From: Eledone cirrhosa
Taxonomy: Eukaryota
NCBI GenBank assembly: GCA_964016885.1
Contig: OZ024755.1
Span: forward strand, 2,728,001 to 2,792,000
DNA: 64,000 bases
Reading direction: 5' to 3'
Shown here piece after piece: positions 1-11,818 of the stretch; position 1 is the first letter of the stretch; each line of letters starts with the position of its first letter. The translations under genes and the position numbers were made by a program. Under the pieces are notes generated by a model that was not told where the DNA came from, did no database searches, and saw only the letters and a list, made by a program, of their open reading frames with translations.

Positions 1-98
1 ATCTTCAAAGGCGACTCGCTTCAAATTTTCTTACGCCTCTCTCTTGACCTAACAGCAATATATATATATAGTGTGTGTGTGTGAGTGTATGTGTGTAT

Positions 99-201
<103 letters not shown>

Positions 202-281
202 TTATATATATATATATTCAAATAGAACTCACAACATTAAGTTCTTGTCTGAATATGTCACTATCAATAAACCAATTTTTG

Positions 282-343
282 TATTTTATCTGATGAGGGC
301 GTACCAAAATATTGGTACCCTTGAAATATAATATAATAAAATA
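282..343 (+). ncRNA. Type I hammerhead ribozyme, minimal Penelope-type (family E)
   Basis: Stem I tattttat(282-289)/ataaaata(336-343); core CTGATGA 290-296; stem II gtaccaa-aata-ttggtac; GAAA 323-326; short AT stem III; AUA cleavage triplet 333-335. Confidence 0.7.
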
Positions 344-383
344 AATAGGGTTTTATAAAGATAGCTTCCATTTATTAATATTA

Positions 384-416
<33 letters not shown>

Positions 417-422
<6 letters not shown>

Positions 423-710
423 AGATGGCGTAGGACAGAACAAAGGAGAGGCACAAAAAACAAAGAAGAGGTCACAGTGTGACGAAAGAACTTTGACAAT
501 ATATGAACAACCGTCCAGTTGTAGAACCAACCAACCAACCGAAAATTTATAAATTTTTTAATTTATATTTTAATTTATAATAAATTGGAGTGAAAGCAAC
601 TGGTGCGTGTGTTTCTTATTGGCAACATGACCCTCCCAAAGTATAACAATATCGGTTTCAACACACGTTTTCAGATAAAGAATCTTGCTAAACAAATTCA
701 GAAACGAAAT
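417..710 (+). mobile_element. Truncated copy of (TA)n-embedded element family C (Penelope-like LTR derivative)
   Basis: Near-identical to 5478-5727 and to the reverse complement of 4862-5180; (TA)n on both sides; hammerhead 5' core removed by an internal deletion. Confidence 0.7.
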
Positions 711-875
711 ATATATATATATATATTGAAAGAGTAGTTATGTTATGATGAAGTGAGAATATCATTTGAAATCTCTAATGTTTTCTTCTCAGTATGAGAG
801 CAATATATGAAAGTAAAAGACTGTGATTGAAAAAGTATAAATATATTTACATGAAATCTCTCTCCATATAGATAG

Positions 876-877
<2 letters not shown>

Positions 878-954
<77 letters not shown>

Positions 955-1452
955 CACACACATACACACACACACACACTTACACATACATACCCTCACA
1001 CACAAACAAGCATACATATATACACACACACATACATACGCTCACACACAAACAGGCATACAGACAGACGCACACACACACACATACATATATACCCTCA
1101 CACACAAACAAGCATACATATAGACACACACACACACACATACATACCCTCAAACACAAACATGCATACACACATAAACACACACACATATATATATACA
1201 CATAAACATATCTACACACATACATACAACCACATATTCACACGCACACACACAAACACACACACATATATATATATATTTATATTCACATAACCATATA
1301 CACACATACATACAACCACATACACACACACATAAACACACACATATATATATATATACACAAACATATACACACATACATACAACCACATACACACACA
1401 CATATATATATATATATATACACATAAACATATCTACACACATCCATACAAC

Positions 1453-1502
<50 letters not shown>

Positions 1503-1630
1503 TATATATATATACACAAACATATACACACATACATACAACCACATACACACACACATATATATATATATATATATCTACACATAAACATATCTACACA
1601 CATCCATACAACCACCTATACACACACACA
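878..1630. repeat. (CA)n/(TA)n compound microsatellite with higher-order duplications
   Basis: Long CA run followed by repeated blocks such as catacatacaaccacatacacac. Confidence 0.9.
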
Positions 1631-2027
1631 AACAAAAACAAGGCACGCTCTCAACAAATTATCCAACGAAAACTACCAGGAAAGCAAGTGTCATGGCGAG
1701 ATAAACAATTCTATAACCTTCCTGTTTTCACTAACGTGTTTATCGAGCGAAATTTTCCGGGGTTGATTCTTCTATAATTAATCCGAAACTGAATTCTTAA
1801 TACATCATGTTAGCTTAATTGATTACTACTTTTAACAGTAAAGACATCATCAAATTTAGCGCATGTATATATGCAGTTCCCTGGCTGTGTAAATCTGTAA
1901 TTATCTCCATTCTTTGAGAAGATGTTGACTAAAGCAACCATGTAATTTAACTGGCAAGCTAACCGAGTAGATTTTAGTGTGATGTGCAGTGCAACGTGTA
2001 ACCATCATCAATTTTTAACGAACTGTC

Positions 2028-2082
<55 letters not shown>

Positions 2083-2120
2083 ACACATGTGTGTGAGTGT
2101 GTATGTGTGTGTCTGCGTGT

Positions 2121-2158
<38 letters not shown>

Positions 2159-2257
2159 AAAGTTATATTTAAATACACTGCCAAATCAACTTTTTCAAAT
2201 ACAAGTCGATGTTGAACGGTATGTCAAATCTATTTATCTATAAAACTGTCTATATTG

Positions 2258-2323
2258 TATTTTGTCTGAAGAAGGCATAACATATTGTTAATATGATATC
2301 CCTGAAATATATATAATGAAATA
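2258..2323 (+). ncRNA. Type I hammerhead ribozyme, minimal Penelope-type (family E)
   Basis: Stem I tattttgt/atgaaata (2 GU pairs); CTGAAGA 2266-2272; stem II agg..catatt-gtt-aatatg..cct; GAAA 2304-2307; T-ATAT-A stem III; AUA 2313-2315. The downstream tail matches the tail after 343. Confidence 0.7.
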
Positions 2324-2364
2324 AATATGGTTTTATAAATATAGTTTCCATTTATTTAATATCG

Positions 2365-2401
<37 letters not shown>

Positions 2402-2404
2402 ATG

Positions 2405-2490
<86 letters not shown>

Positions 2491-2940
2491 CATACATACA
2501 TACATACACATACATACACAGTTTAACGCTTATGTTGTTGAACCCGTGATCATGGTTTCGATTCGTCAGTGATGCTGTGCGTTACCATGAAGGCACTTCC
2601 GTTCACGGTCACCTATCAGCTAAAATTCACCCCCTCCAGCCAGAGAAAGTGAGCCCTGCCAAGGAATGACCTCTCTCTTAAGGAGAACTTATGTATCCTT
2701 AGCTGGTTTCACACCCGTGAAACCAGAATAAAACTCTGGACAAAAACAGACCAGAAATGATAACTCTGTCTGTCTGTCTGACGAGGAGATGCGACTATAG
2801 TATCTAATAAAATAAAGTTACATTACTACTATCGATTAGTCACTATATCGATCTATCATGATCAATCAGCCTTCCGAAACTATCATAAAACAATGAACTG
2901 ATTAAATACTAATCTTCGCTTTTTGTTTTCCTTGTTCAAC

Positions 2941-2978
<38 letters not shown>

Positions 2979-3027
2979 TACATTTACGTATATATATATA
3001 TATATATATAATATATATACATTTACG

Positions 3028-3058
<31 letters not shown>

Positions 3059-3315
3059 TACATTTACGTATATATATATATATATATAAGTTAAAACAAT
3101 GAAATAAAAAATCAAGTCATTAGAGATATACTTCACTGCTTTACCACTGTGTATATATATATATATATATATATAAAATACAGATATATATATATATATA
3201 TATGTGTGTGTATATATAATTTCCACCACGCCAGCTCCCTGGCTCCTAACACTTCAACCAAACACACCCCAACCAAAACCTTTTATATGTGAGAAAGGTG
3301 AACATAAAAACAGAT

Positions 3316-3384
3316 CTTCCCTGAAGGAGCTTATTGAATAATCAGTTCTCTCTGCTGAAACAGCATAGCTATGTTGTAAGAAAT
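3316..3384 (+). ncRNA. Degenerate hammerhead ribozyme
   Basis: CTGAAGG (A9 altered) 3321-3327; GAAA 3357-3360; stem III cagcat-agct-atgttg; GUA triplet; stem I poorly paired. Confidence 0.4.
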
Positions 3385-3510
3385 AGAATATATATAATTA
3401 TATATACTTTATTAGCAATAAAGTATATATAATTATGTGGAGTTCCAAGATCACTAGATCTGCTGAACAATATATATACATATATATATATATATAATGA
3501 GAGGGGGGAG

Positions 3511-3661
3511 TACTGTTTCATTTCATTCAAAAGAAATCATCATAAAGTTCTTTTGGTCAAAACAGTTCTAGTCTTGTAGGAGTGTAAACATGATGTTTAC
3601 ACTCTACTAATGTATTGAGTACCTTACTTACTTTCGGTTACCCCCGATTGAACCCGAGACT
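3511..3661 (+). mobile_element. Decayed head-to-head element, family B
   Basis: Inverted arm (actgtttcat...gaaatcatca) followed by aaacagttctagtcttgtag...gtattgagtaccttacttact, matching 38883-39000. Confidence 0.65.
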
Positions 3662-3687
3662 CATACATACATACATACATACATACA

Positions 3688-3766
<79 letters not shown>

Positions 3767-3879
3767 AGGGAACAGCATTTCCTTCAAACGCATGTATTAC
3801 AGCCACGATAGTTCAAAGGATATTTTAAATGTCCTTATTAACAAAAGATTAGCTTTCCTATATCCATTAATCCATTAAC

Positions 3880-4140
3880 GGTTGGAGACCTTCTCGCTCT
3901 CATCATGCAAGTAACCTGTCCGTAGTATTAGTTGACAAGAAGGTCACAAATGACCAAGATAATACTGTTATCAATGTCAACGATAAAGTATTAACTGTCT
4001 CTTACATTCATCTTGATTGACTTACTCCAGCATTAGTAAAGTTATATCCTCCATTTACAGAAGTTGTGTTGTAATGACCAAAGCTTTCACAAATAGTGAC
4101 TTAATAACACACTTCTACTTCGGTAGACTTGTATTTCGTT
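3880..4140 (+). pseudogene. Possible decayed Gypsy integrase C-terminal fragment
   Basis: Hand translation VLVDKKVTNDQDNTVINVNDKVLTVSYIHLD*LTPA resembles the Gypsy motif 'IDVNGK..TVSIDRLKPA'; stop codons present. Confidence 0.3.
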
Positions 4141-4349
4141 GACAATCATACTGTCGTATTGACGTTATAATTTACTGTTTCCCGTGACAGCCATGCAGGA
4201 AAATGTATGTTGCACATATAGAAACATAAGTGAAATTCAAGCTAAATGATACTGTAACCAATAATTATACAGGTAACATTACTTCATCTTATACTGACAA
4301 TAACCAATAACCCGCCATCTTCTCCATACACATACAGATATGAAGATAC

Positions 4350-4678
4350 TCCGTCGGTTACAACGACGAGTGTTCCAGTTGATACGATCAACGGAACAAC
4401 CTATTCGTGAAATTAACGTGCAAGTGTGGCTGAGCATTCCACAGACACGAGTACCCTTAACGTACTTCTCAAGGAGATTCAATTCAGCATGATACAGAAT
4501 GTGACAAGACTGGCCGTTCGAATTATAAGTACAACTAATGTTTTGCCAGTTTAATGAACAGTGGAGCAACGTGAATTAAGGTGTGTTGCTCAAGGACAGA
4601 ACACGCCGCTGGTAAACGAACTCGCGACCTTACGATAGTAAGCCATATACCCTAACCACAAAGCCACTCGCCTTCACA
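4350..4678 (-). mobile_element. tRNA-derived SINE, family 2, near full length
   Basis: Minus strand starts gtgaaggcgagtggc..gtggttagg with a B-box-like gagttcg and the central motif tgtccttgagcaac; second copy at 27360-27670. Confidence 0.85.
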
Positions 4679-4831
4679 CGTACACACATGTAAGTAACCG
4701 TCTATCTCATTATTTTATCAGACGAGCCTGTCGCCTACAGACAGTAAAACAGCTGAAAAATGGTTTCAGAGAAAAGTCTGTGATAATCTTGAAATTCGTA
4801 AAAATAATTAATTTTCAAATCATATATATAT

Positions 4832-4862
<31 letters not shown>

Positions 4863-5075
4863 TATTTCGTTTCTCAATTTGTTTAGCAAGCTTCTTTATC
4901 TGAAAACGTGTGTTGAAACCGATATTGTTATACTTTGGGAGGGTCATGTTGCCAATAAGAAACACACGCACCTGTCGCTTTCACTTCAATTTTTTATAAT
5001 AAATTTATAAATTTAGGAATTTATAAATTTCCGGTTGGTTGGTTGGTTCCACAACCAGATGGTTGTTTATATATT

Positions 5076-5118
5076 GTCAAAGTTCTTTCGTCACACATTC
5101 CGTGACTTCTTCAGTGAC
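5076..5118 (-). ncRNA. Hammerhead-like motif in left arm of family C palindrome
   Basis: Minus strand gtca-CTGAAGA-a-gtcac-ggaatgt-gtgac-GAAA-gaac-TT-tgac; the stem III loop is abnormally short. Confidence 0.5.
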
Positions 5119-5539
5119 TGGGGATTCTTTTCTTTGTTTTTTTGTGCCTCTCCTTTGTTCTGTCCTACGCCATCTTGTTTTTGTGTGTGTGTTGTGTGCT
5201 TAGTTTGCGCATGTGTTACATCCGGGTGTCTGTGTGTGTTTATATTCGTTTATTTATTTGTTTATCTACATGTTACTGGTTGGTTGTTTGTTCTATTTGC
5301 GTGTGTGTTTTCATTTTGTCCTTAATTGTAATTACAATTAAGGACAAAATGAAAACACACACGCACATAGAACAAACAACCAACCAGTAACATGTAAATA
5401 AACAAATAAATAAACGAATATAAACACACACAGACACCCGGATGTAACACATGCGCAAACTAAGCACACAACACACAAAAACAAGATGGCGTAGGACAGA
5501 ACAAAGGAGAGGCACAAAAAACAAAGAAAAGAATCCCCA

Positions 5540-5582
5540 GTTACTGAAGAGGTCACAGAATGTGTGACGAAAGAACTTTGAC
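5540..5582 (+). ncRNA. Hammerhead-like motif in right arm of family C palindrome
   Basis: gtta-CTGAAGA-g-gtcac-agaatgt-gtgac-GAAA-gaac-TT-tgac. Confidence 0.5.
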
Positions 5583-5740
5583 AATATATAAACAACCATC
5601 TGTGGAACCAACCAACCGGAAATTTATAAATTCCTAAATTTATAAATTTATTATAATAAATTGAAGTGAAAGCAACCGGTGCGTGTGTTTCTTATTGGCA
5701 ACATGACCCTCCCAAAGTATAACAATATATATATATATAT

Positions 5741-5872
5741 ATAACAACATAGGAAATGTGGTAAGGAACCAGATGGACCATAACGCACCAGAGTACTCAA
5801 TACTTATGGTAGTAGAGTGGGAAATACGAAAAAGTATGACCCCGACGGCATAGCTCAAGCTATTTCTGGACT
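5741..5872 (-). mobile_element. Family A element, single arm with internal deletion
   Basis: ggaaatgtggtaaggaaccagatggaccataacgcaccagagtactcaatac... is shared with 12726, 27113 and, in reverse complement, with 8259, 23351 and 51105; (TA)n flanks. Confidence 0.85.
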
Positions 5873-6204
5873 ATATATATATATGTGTCTGTGTGAGTGT
5901 GTGTGTATTTGTGTGCGTGTGTAATGCGTGAATGTGTGTGTGTAATGTGTATTGTGTGTGCACTATTTTTCTTCTAATTAATGATTGTTTCAATATATCT
6001 TTGCTTCCTTAATTTAATAATAACCATCATTTAAGATAATAAGTTAATATGAATTAGAATATTGTTTAGTATTTAAAATATAAACAAAACTGATTCCGAT
6101 ATCATACTGTAAAACTGGAGAGGCTTCCATTAAATTTTCCAGTTTTAGATAAAGACTGGGATTTTAGGTTCTCTTACTCAACACACGTCAAATGAGAAAA
6201 TTTA

Positions 6205-6530
6205 CTGTACAGTCACAAACACACAGCTTAAAATACAACAGTTACCTCTACAGTCACAAACACACAGCTTAAATTACAACAGTTACCTCTACAGTCACAA
6301 ACACACAGCTTAAATTACAACAGTTACCTGTACAGTCACAGACACACAGCTTAAAATACAACAGCTACCTGTACAGTCACAAACACACAGCTTAAATTAC
6401 AACAGTTACCTGTACAGTCACAAACACACACCTTAAAATACAACAGTTACCTGTACAGTCACAAACACACAGCTTAAAATACAACAGGTACTGTACAGTC
6501 ACAAACACAGAGCTTAAAATACAACAGGTA
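6205..6530. repeat. 41-bp minisatellite, ~8 copies
   Basis: Unit acagtcacaaacacacagcttaaaatacaacagttacctgt at 6209, 6250, 6291, 6332... Confidence 0.95.
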
Positions 6531-6547
6531 CAAGAGGTTCTATATAG

Positions 6548-6662
6548 ATGAGTTGTACCTTGTTTTAATAGCTCAGGTAAGTACAATGAGTTGTACCTTG
6601 TTTTAATAGCATAGGTAAGTACAATGACTTGAACCTTGTTTTAATAGCTCAGGTAAGTACAA
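6548..6662. repeat. 38-39-bp tandem repeat, 3 copies
   Basis: Unit tgagttgtaccttgttttaatagctcaggtaagtacaa. Confidence 0.9.
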
Positions 6663-6779
6663 AAGGTGTTATAAAGATCCAGTTGTTATAGAAGTCAAAA
6701 CAATTATCGATACCATATCCATCTAATCATCACCTTGAAAATAACTTACAACACCTGTGACAAGTTTTATTTTTGTTAT

Positions 6780-6921
6780 TGTTGTTGTTGTTGGTGGTGT
6801 TGTTGGTGGTGGTGGTGGTGGTGGTGGTGGTGGTGGTGGTGGTGGTGGTGGTGGTGGTGGTGGTGGTGGTGGTGGTAGTGGTGGTGATGGTGATGGTTGC
6901 GGTGGTGGTGGTGGTGGTGGT
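6780..6921. repeat. (GGT)n trinucleotide microsatellite
   Basis: Direct inspection. Confidence 0.95.
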
Positions 6922-7425
6922 ACGGCTGCTAATATGACTTCATTTGTAGTTATTGTTGTTTTAAATGACGCCAACTGTCTCTGGTGAAATTTTATAACAA
7001 TATTAAATATACATCATCAAATGACAAAAACCAAAGAGAAACATAAAGAAACAACTAAAATACGTATAATGAAATAGACTAAACACATACTGCGCGAACA
7101 TTAGTGGTGCTGGTGGGCATGATGATAATGATTGGGGGTGGGAGTCAGTTGATGATAATGATGATGATGGTTATTGAAGTTATTATTATTATAAATTATT
7201 ATATTATTATCATTCATATCATAATTGTCATTATCATGATCATCATTATCATCATCAATATTTAGATTATCATTATTATAATTATTACTATTATTATTAT
7301 TATCATTATTATTATTATTATTATTATTATGTTATCTTTCAATTCAACAATTCTTTCATTACTGGAATTGAAACTGAACACAATAAACATAAATAAATAA
7401 AAATAAATACAATTCTATTTTCTAG

Positions 7426-7476
7426 GGTGCAAAGAATATTTTATTGATATCAATGGAAATTGATCTGGTGATGAAG
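7426..7476 (+). CDS. Candidate 51-bp internal exon (GAKNILLISMEIDLVMK), gene unknown
   Basis: Acceptor ttctattttctAG, donor aag|GTagaa, one open frame; a second acceptor (ccttctgacttatAG) lies at 7549. No homology recognised. Confidence 0.2.
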
Positions 7477-7669
7477 GTAGAATTTGTATTTCCTTGTTTA
7501 TATATATTTTATTGTTGTTTGGATTGTTTTTAATCCTTCTGACTTATAGGAGCGAGAAAGAACAAGCACAGCAGCAACATCAACGTCAACATCAACAGCT
7601 CTACAAGTGTATATGTGTGTATAGATGGACACCAGTCCATCGTGGGGGTTAAATCTCCAGCTTATTGCT

Positions 7670-7823
7670 GCTGGTACTTATTTTCAGCTGAGTATATTGG
7701 AGCAACGAGATATGAAGTGTTTTGCTCATCAGGAACACAACACACAACCCAGTCCAGGAATGAAAACCACGACGTTATAATCGTAAGTCCAACACCCTTA
7801 CCACTAAGCCACGCTGCCTTCAC
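7670..7823 (-). mobile_element. SINE family 2 head fragment
   Basis: gtgaaggcagcgtggcttagtggtaagg on the minus strand; diverged match to 4540-4678. Confidence 0.7.
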
Positions 7824-8035
7824 ATTGAAGTAAATAGAAGGACTCAAATCTACGGTAGATAGAAGAGAAATTCTAAAGAAAGTAAGAGAGTAACAGGTCT
7901 AAGATCTGTTCAAGGGTGCGTAATTCGAGGACAGTCAACGTAGACGAAATCTACACCGTTAGATGAAGATATTTATTTTATTACTCCCAATATATATATA
8001 TATAGATATACATATCTATATATATATATATATAT

Positions 8036-8255
8036 ATAGGAAAAATAGGAAAAAGTATGACCCCGACGGCAGAGCTCAAGCCGTTTCGACCGCTATTTCT
8101 GGACTAAAAATATTCTGGAGTCAAGAAATAGCCGTCGAAACGGCTTGAGCTCTGCCGTCGGGGTCATACTTTTTCCTATTTCCCACTCTACTACCCTAAG
8201 TATTGAGTACTCTGGTGCGTTATGGTCCATCTGGTTCCTTACCACAATTCCTTTG

Positions 8256-8259
<4 letters not shown>
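8036..8259. mobile_element. Family A asymmetric palindromic element (short left arm, long right arm)
   Basis: 8046-8105 is the reverse complement of 8118-8180; the right arm continues to ctttgttat(at)n. It contains the hammerhead 3' half GAAA-cggc-ttgagctct-gccg-TC. Confidence 0.9.
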
Positions 8260-8300
<41 letters not shown>

Positions 8301-8426
8301 TGAAGAGCTAACTACCCGTAACTGCCCGAGCTGCCGATCGACCCTCTACTTTCACTAATATATATATATATATACGTACTCAAATGTATACATATATGTA
8401 TATATATATATACATATATACATGTA

Positions 8427-8540
<114 letters not shown>

Positions 8541-10329
8541 CATGTGTGAAGACACATTAACACGAACTTAATAAACTTTATAATTAAATATGTATGTATA
8601 TATATATATAAAGCAATGTACAAATCTCCCTGAATGTCTGTGTGAAGACTATGCAATACCTTAGTGTCACTTTTAATTTTAAGAAAAATGAAAATTTACC
8701 TTCATTATCACCTCATGTTTTATGTAGTATCATAATCATATTAGTTTTTCTCAACGATTGTTTTATATGAAGTCATTTTTTATGCAACTGGTTTATTTCA
8801 TTATAGTATGTATTGTATGTATGTGTGTATGTAAGTGTGTATGTATGTATGTGTGTGTGTTTGTGTGTATGTTTGTATGTGTGTATGTCTGGTTATATAA
8901 TATTATTAATTTTTACCAAAATAGAGAGATTCGGTTTCTAACGTAGACACAAGACTCTCTCATTGGAATTTAAGCATCAACTAGGTAGATATGTCTGCAT
9001 GTCTGCTTGCATGCATGTGTGTGCAGGAATGGATGTTATTGTATGTGTGGATGTGGATGTTTTGAGTACTATGTGTGCATGTGCACACGCTTTGTACGTG
9101 TAGTATGTGTATATGTACGTGTATATGTAGATGTATATGTACGTGTATACGTACGTGTATATGTAAGTGTATATGTACGTGTATATGCAGCTGATTACTT
9201 GGAGAATTTTTGGAATGTTTTACATACTTTTACTGTTCCATTAATGGAATGTACTTGTAATTTCGTAACTAGTTGTGTTCTTTCTGGTTCTGTGGAGCCC
9301 AGCTTCTCAAGATTTGTTAGTAACTGATGCAGTTACTAACATACCCCAGAGCCCCCAAAATCACAGGTATAAATCTGAAGGTATAGTCATGTATGTATGT
9401 ATGTATGTATGTTAAGGAGAGATGACCCCTTAGCCTTTGTCAAGGCAGAATTCTAGGAGAAGGAAAACTCAGATATAACACCTGCAACTCTGATGGTATC
9501 CAATGATGTTGACTTGTTCTTCTTTTTGGTAAATATCATCTTGGTTAAGAAAGTGGGACTGGCTTTGTGCAGTGCCTTTGCTCACTATAAAAGCTTCACG
9601 GCACAGGCATTGCTTTATATCTGGAGATCTCTCTGCACTTGTCGTCACATGGTACCATGGGCCCAGCACTATGTGTCAATATTTGTCACAAGTGTAGTGT
9701 TTGTACCAGAGTATTCAAGTCGCTGGCTGAACTAAAAAGTCACATTCGTTCAGCGCATCGGTAGGGGTTCTCCTACATGGATATAAAGTAGTGGCCGTAC
9801 TCGAAAACGAGTTGGCAGCCACCATGTGTATGTATATATGTATGTATGTATGTATGTGTATGTATGTATGTAGTTTAATAGGTCCAGGTAAAGTAGAGAT
9901 GGAGAGAATACGTATATAGACATAAGTGGTGTGGGTGAAGAGAGAGAGAGGGAGAGAGAGGGGGAGAGAGAGGGGGAGAGAGAGGGGGAGAGTGTGAGAG
10001 AGTAAGAGAGTAAGAGAGTGAGCGAGTGAGAGAGCGAGAGAGTGAGAGAATAAGTGAGTGAGAGAGTGAGAGAACGAGAATATTAGTGAGTGAGAGATTG
10101 AGAGAGTGAGAGAACGAGAGAGAGAGTGAGAGAGCGAGAGAGTGAGAGAGTGAGAGAGTAGAGAGTGAGAGAGTGAGAGAGTAGAGAGTGAGAGAGTAGA
10201 GAGTGAGAATGTTAGTGAGTATGATGAAAGACGGTGTTGATATCATTTCTTAAAAGCGAAGAGAATGTGGCAGTAAATTAAAACGTTACATCTGTTGATG
10301 TAACAGGAAACGTTAGAGTGATAAGAGAT

Positions 10330-10495
10330 AAGAAAAGGGTTCCGTGTGTGTTGTTGTTGTTGTCGTTGTCGTTGTTGTCGTTGTTGTCGTTGTTGTTGTC
10401 GTTGTTGTCGTTGTTGTCGTTGTTGTCGTTGTTGTCGTTGTTGTTGTCGTTGTCGTTGTTGTCGTTGTTGTCGTTGTTGTTGTTGTTGTTGTTGA
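10330..10495. repeat. (TTG)/(TCG) compound trinucleotide repeat
   Basis: Direct inspection. Confidence 0.9.
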
Positions 10496-10592
10496 GCGCT
10501 AGATCTGCGCTCATCAAACAAACCTGGGATTAAAGTTATTCGAGCTGTGATGAAATAATTTTTTTTCTTTTCTGACCCGGTCGCCCTCCGAC

Positions 10593-10780
10593 AGGTTCGC
10601 GGTTGTACCCTTGGCAGTGGAGAGTTCTGGTGTCCTTGTGCCCTTGGGCTACCTCCCTATTCACCACCATAGGCGCTGAGCTGGCCAGCCGCAGGTGTGA
10701 GCCTCGCGAGTTGGAATGGCTCTTCCAGCGTATCTCCCTTACCATCCTCTGGGGAAACGCCTTCTCCATTCTGTCCGCCG
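10593..10780 (+). mobile_element. CRE-like non-LTR retrotransposon 3' fragment (C-terminus of restriction-like endonuclease region), frameshifted
   Basis: Translation VVPLAVESSGVL / ATSLFTTIGAELASRRCEPRELEWLFQRISLTILWGNAFSIL matches the CRE-clade pattern 'F.PLAVET.G...LG..L....D.RE..FL.QR.S.A.QRGNA.SI'. Confidence 0.8.
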
Positions 10781-10907
10781 GGACTGTGGGGCGGCCAGCA
10801 CGTGGGACCCAATTTGCTCACCATACGGATTAATAGGCAAGGTATATCTACGTCTTCATTGTCCAATATATTCTTCTTCTTTGTCTTCTTCTTTATTGGT
10901 GTTTCCC

Positions 10908-11172
10908 TTCAGTCACTCCCCCGCCCCTCCAGTCACTCCCCTATCCCTCCAGTCACTCCCCCGTTCCCCCAGTCAATCTCCTGCACCTCCAGTCACTCCC
11001 CCACCCTCCAGTCACTCTCCCGTCCCTCCAGTCACTCCCCCGTCCCTCCAGTCATTCCCCAGTCCCCCCAGTCAATCTCCCGTCCCTCCAATCACTCTCC
11101 CGTCCCTCCAGTCACTCTCCCGTCCCTCCAGTCACTCCCCCGTCCCTCCAGTCAATCTCCCGTCCCTCCAGC
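10908..11172. repeat. 20-bp C-rich minisatellite, ~13 copies
   Basis: Unit ccagtcactctcccgtccct. Confidence 0.95.
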
Positions 11173-11374
11173 AGATCTGAATTCGAAAGTGTTGTGGCTG
11201 TGATTATCTCTTCTTTAATACAAACATAAGACATTAAAGAGTTATAACTTTCAAAGCCGCCCTTACTTCGTATTTTATGACTGTTAGAGTGTAATTTGGT
11301 TGCTATCTCTAGCAGGATGAGTAACCAAATGAAACCTGTTTAGTTGAATTGTAATGTTGTATTTGTATTATTAG

Positions 11375-11818
11375 TCAGCCATCCAAGCTTTGCAGCATAG
11401 AGTTACATCCCTTTACGGTCTGAGTTCAAATACCGCCGAGGTTAACTTTGCCTTTCATCCTTACGGGGTCTATAAAATAAAGTACCAGTAACGTACTGGG
11501 GGTCGATTTAATCGACTTTCCCCTCCCCCCAAATTACTGGCCTTGTGCCTATATAAGAAATCATTATTAATCAGCCCTCGGCATATAGTTACGTCCCTTT
11601 ACGATCTGAGTTCAAACCCACCCAAGTTAGCTTTGCCTTTCATCTTTACGGAGTCAAAAAATAAAATACCAGTAAAACACTGGGGTCGATTTAATCGACT
11701 TTCATCTCCCCCAAAAATTGTTGGCCTTGTTCAGTAACGAACTGGGGTCGATTTAATCGACTTTCCCCTCCACACCAAAAGATTGGTTGACCCTGTACCT
11801 AAATCAGAAACCATTACT
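11375..11818 (+). mobile_element. Cluster of tRNA-SINE family 1 copies
   Basis: ctgagttcaaa..ccgccgaggttaactttgcctttcatccttacggggtc..taaaataaagtaccagtaa occurs twice, plus an extra tail. Confidence 0.85.

Larger units (their letters stand above)
4862..5727. mobile_element. Family C head-to-head palindromic element (~400-bp arms, centre 5330/5331)
   Basis: 4922-5330 is the near-exact reverse complement of 5331-5727 around ccttaattgta|attacaattaagg; (TA)n at both ends. Confidence 0.9.

Noticed and set aside
2540-2575. Minus-strand CTGACGA-atc-GAAA as a hammerhead
   Set aside because: No stem II or stem I pairing; better explained as a decayed SINE head.
2770-2825. CTGACGA followed by a hairpin
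   Set aside because: No GAAA or stem III follows; at most a deleted relic.
4711-4810. tattttat-CAGACGA...GAAA hammerhead-like relic
   Set aside because: The core is mutated and the stems cannot be drawn convincingly.
6723-6987. Poly-Pro or poly-Gly ORF as a formin or extensin fragment
   Set aside because: Pure (GGT)n repeat with no flanking domain or splice evidence.
9426-9830. Possible RTE 5' fragment (ctaggagaaggaaaactc)
   Set aside because: Only a short remembered motif, with no supporting peptide.
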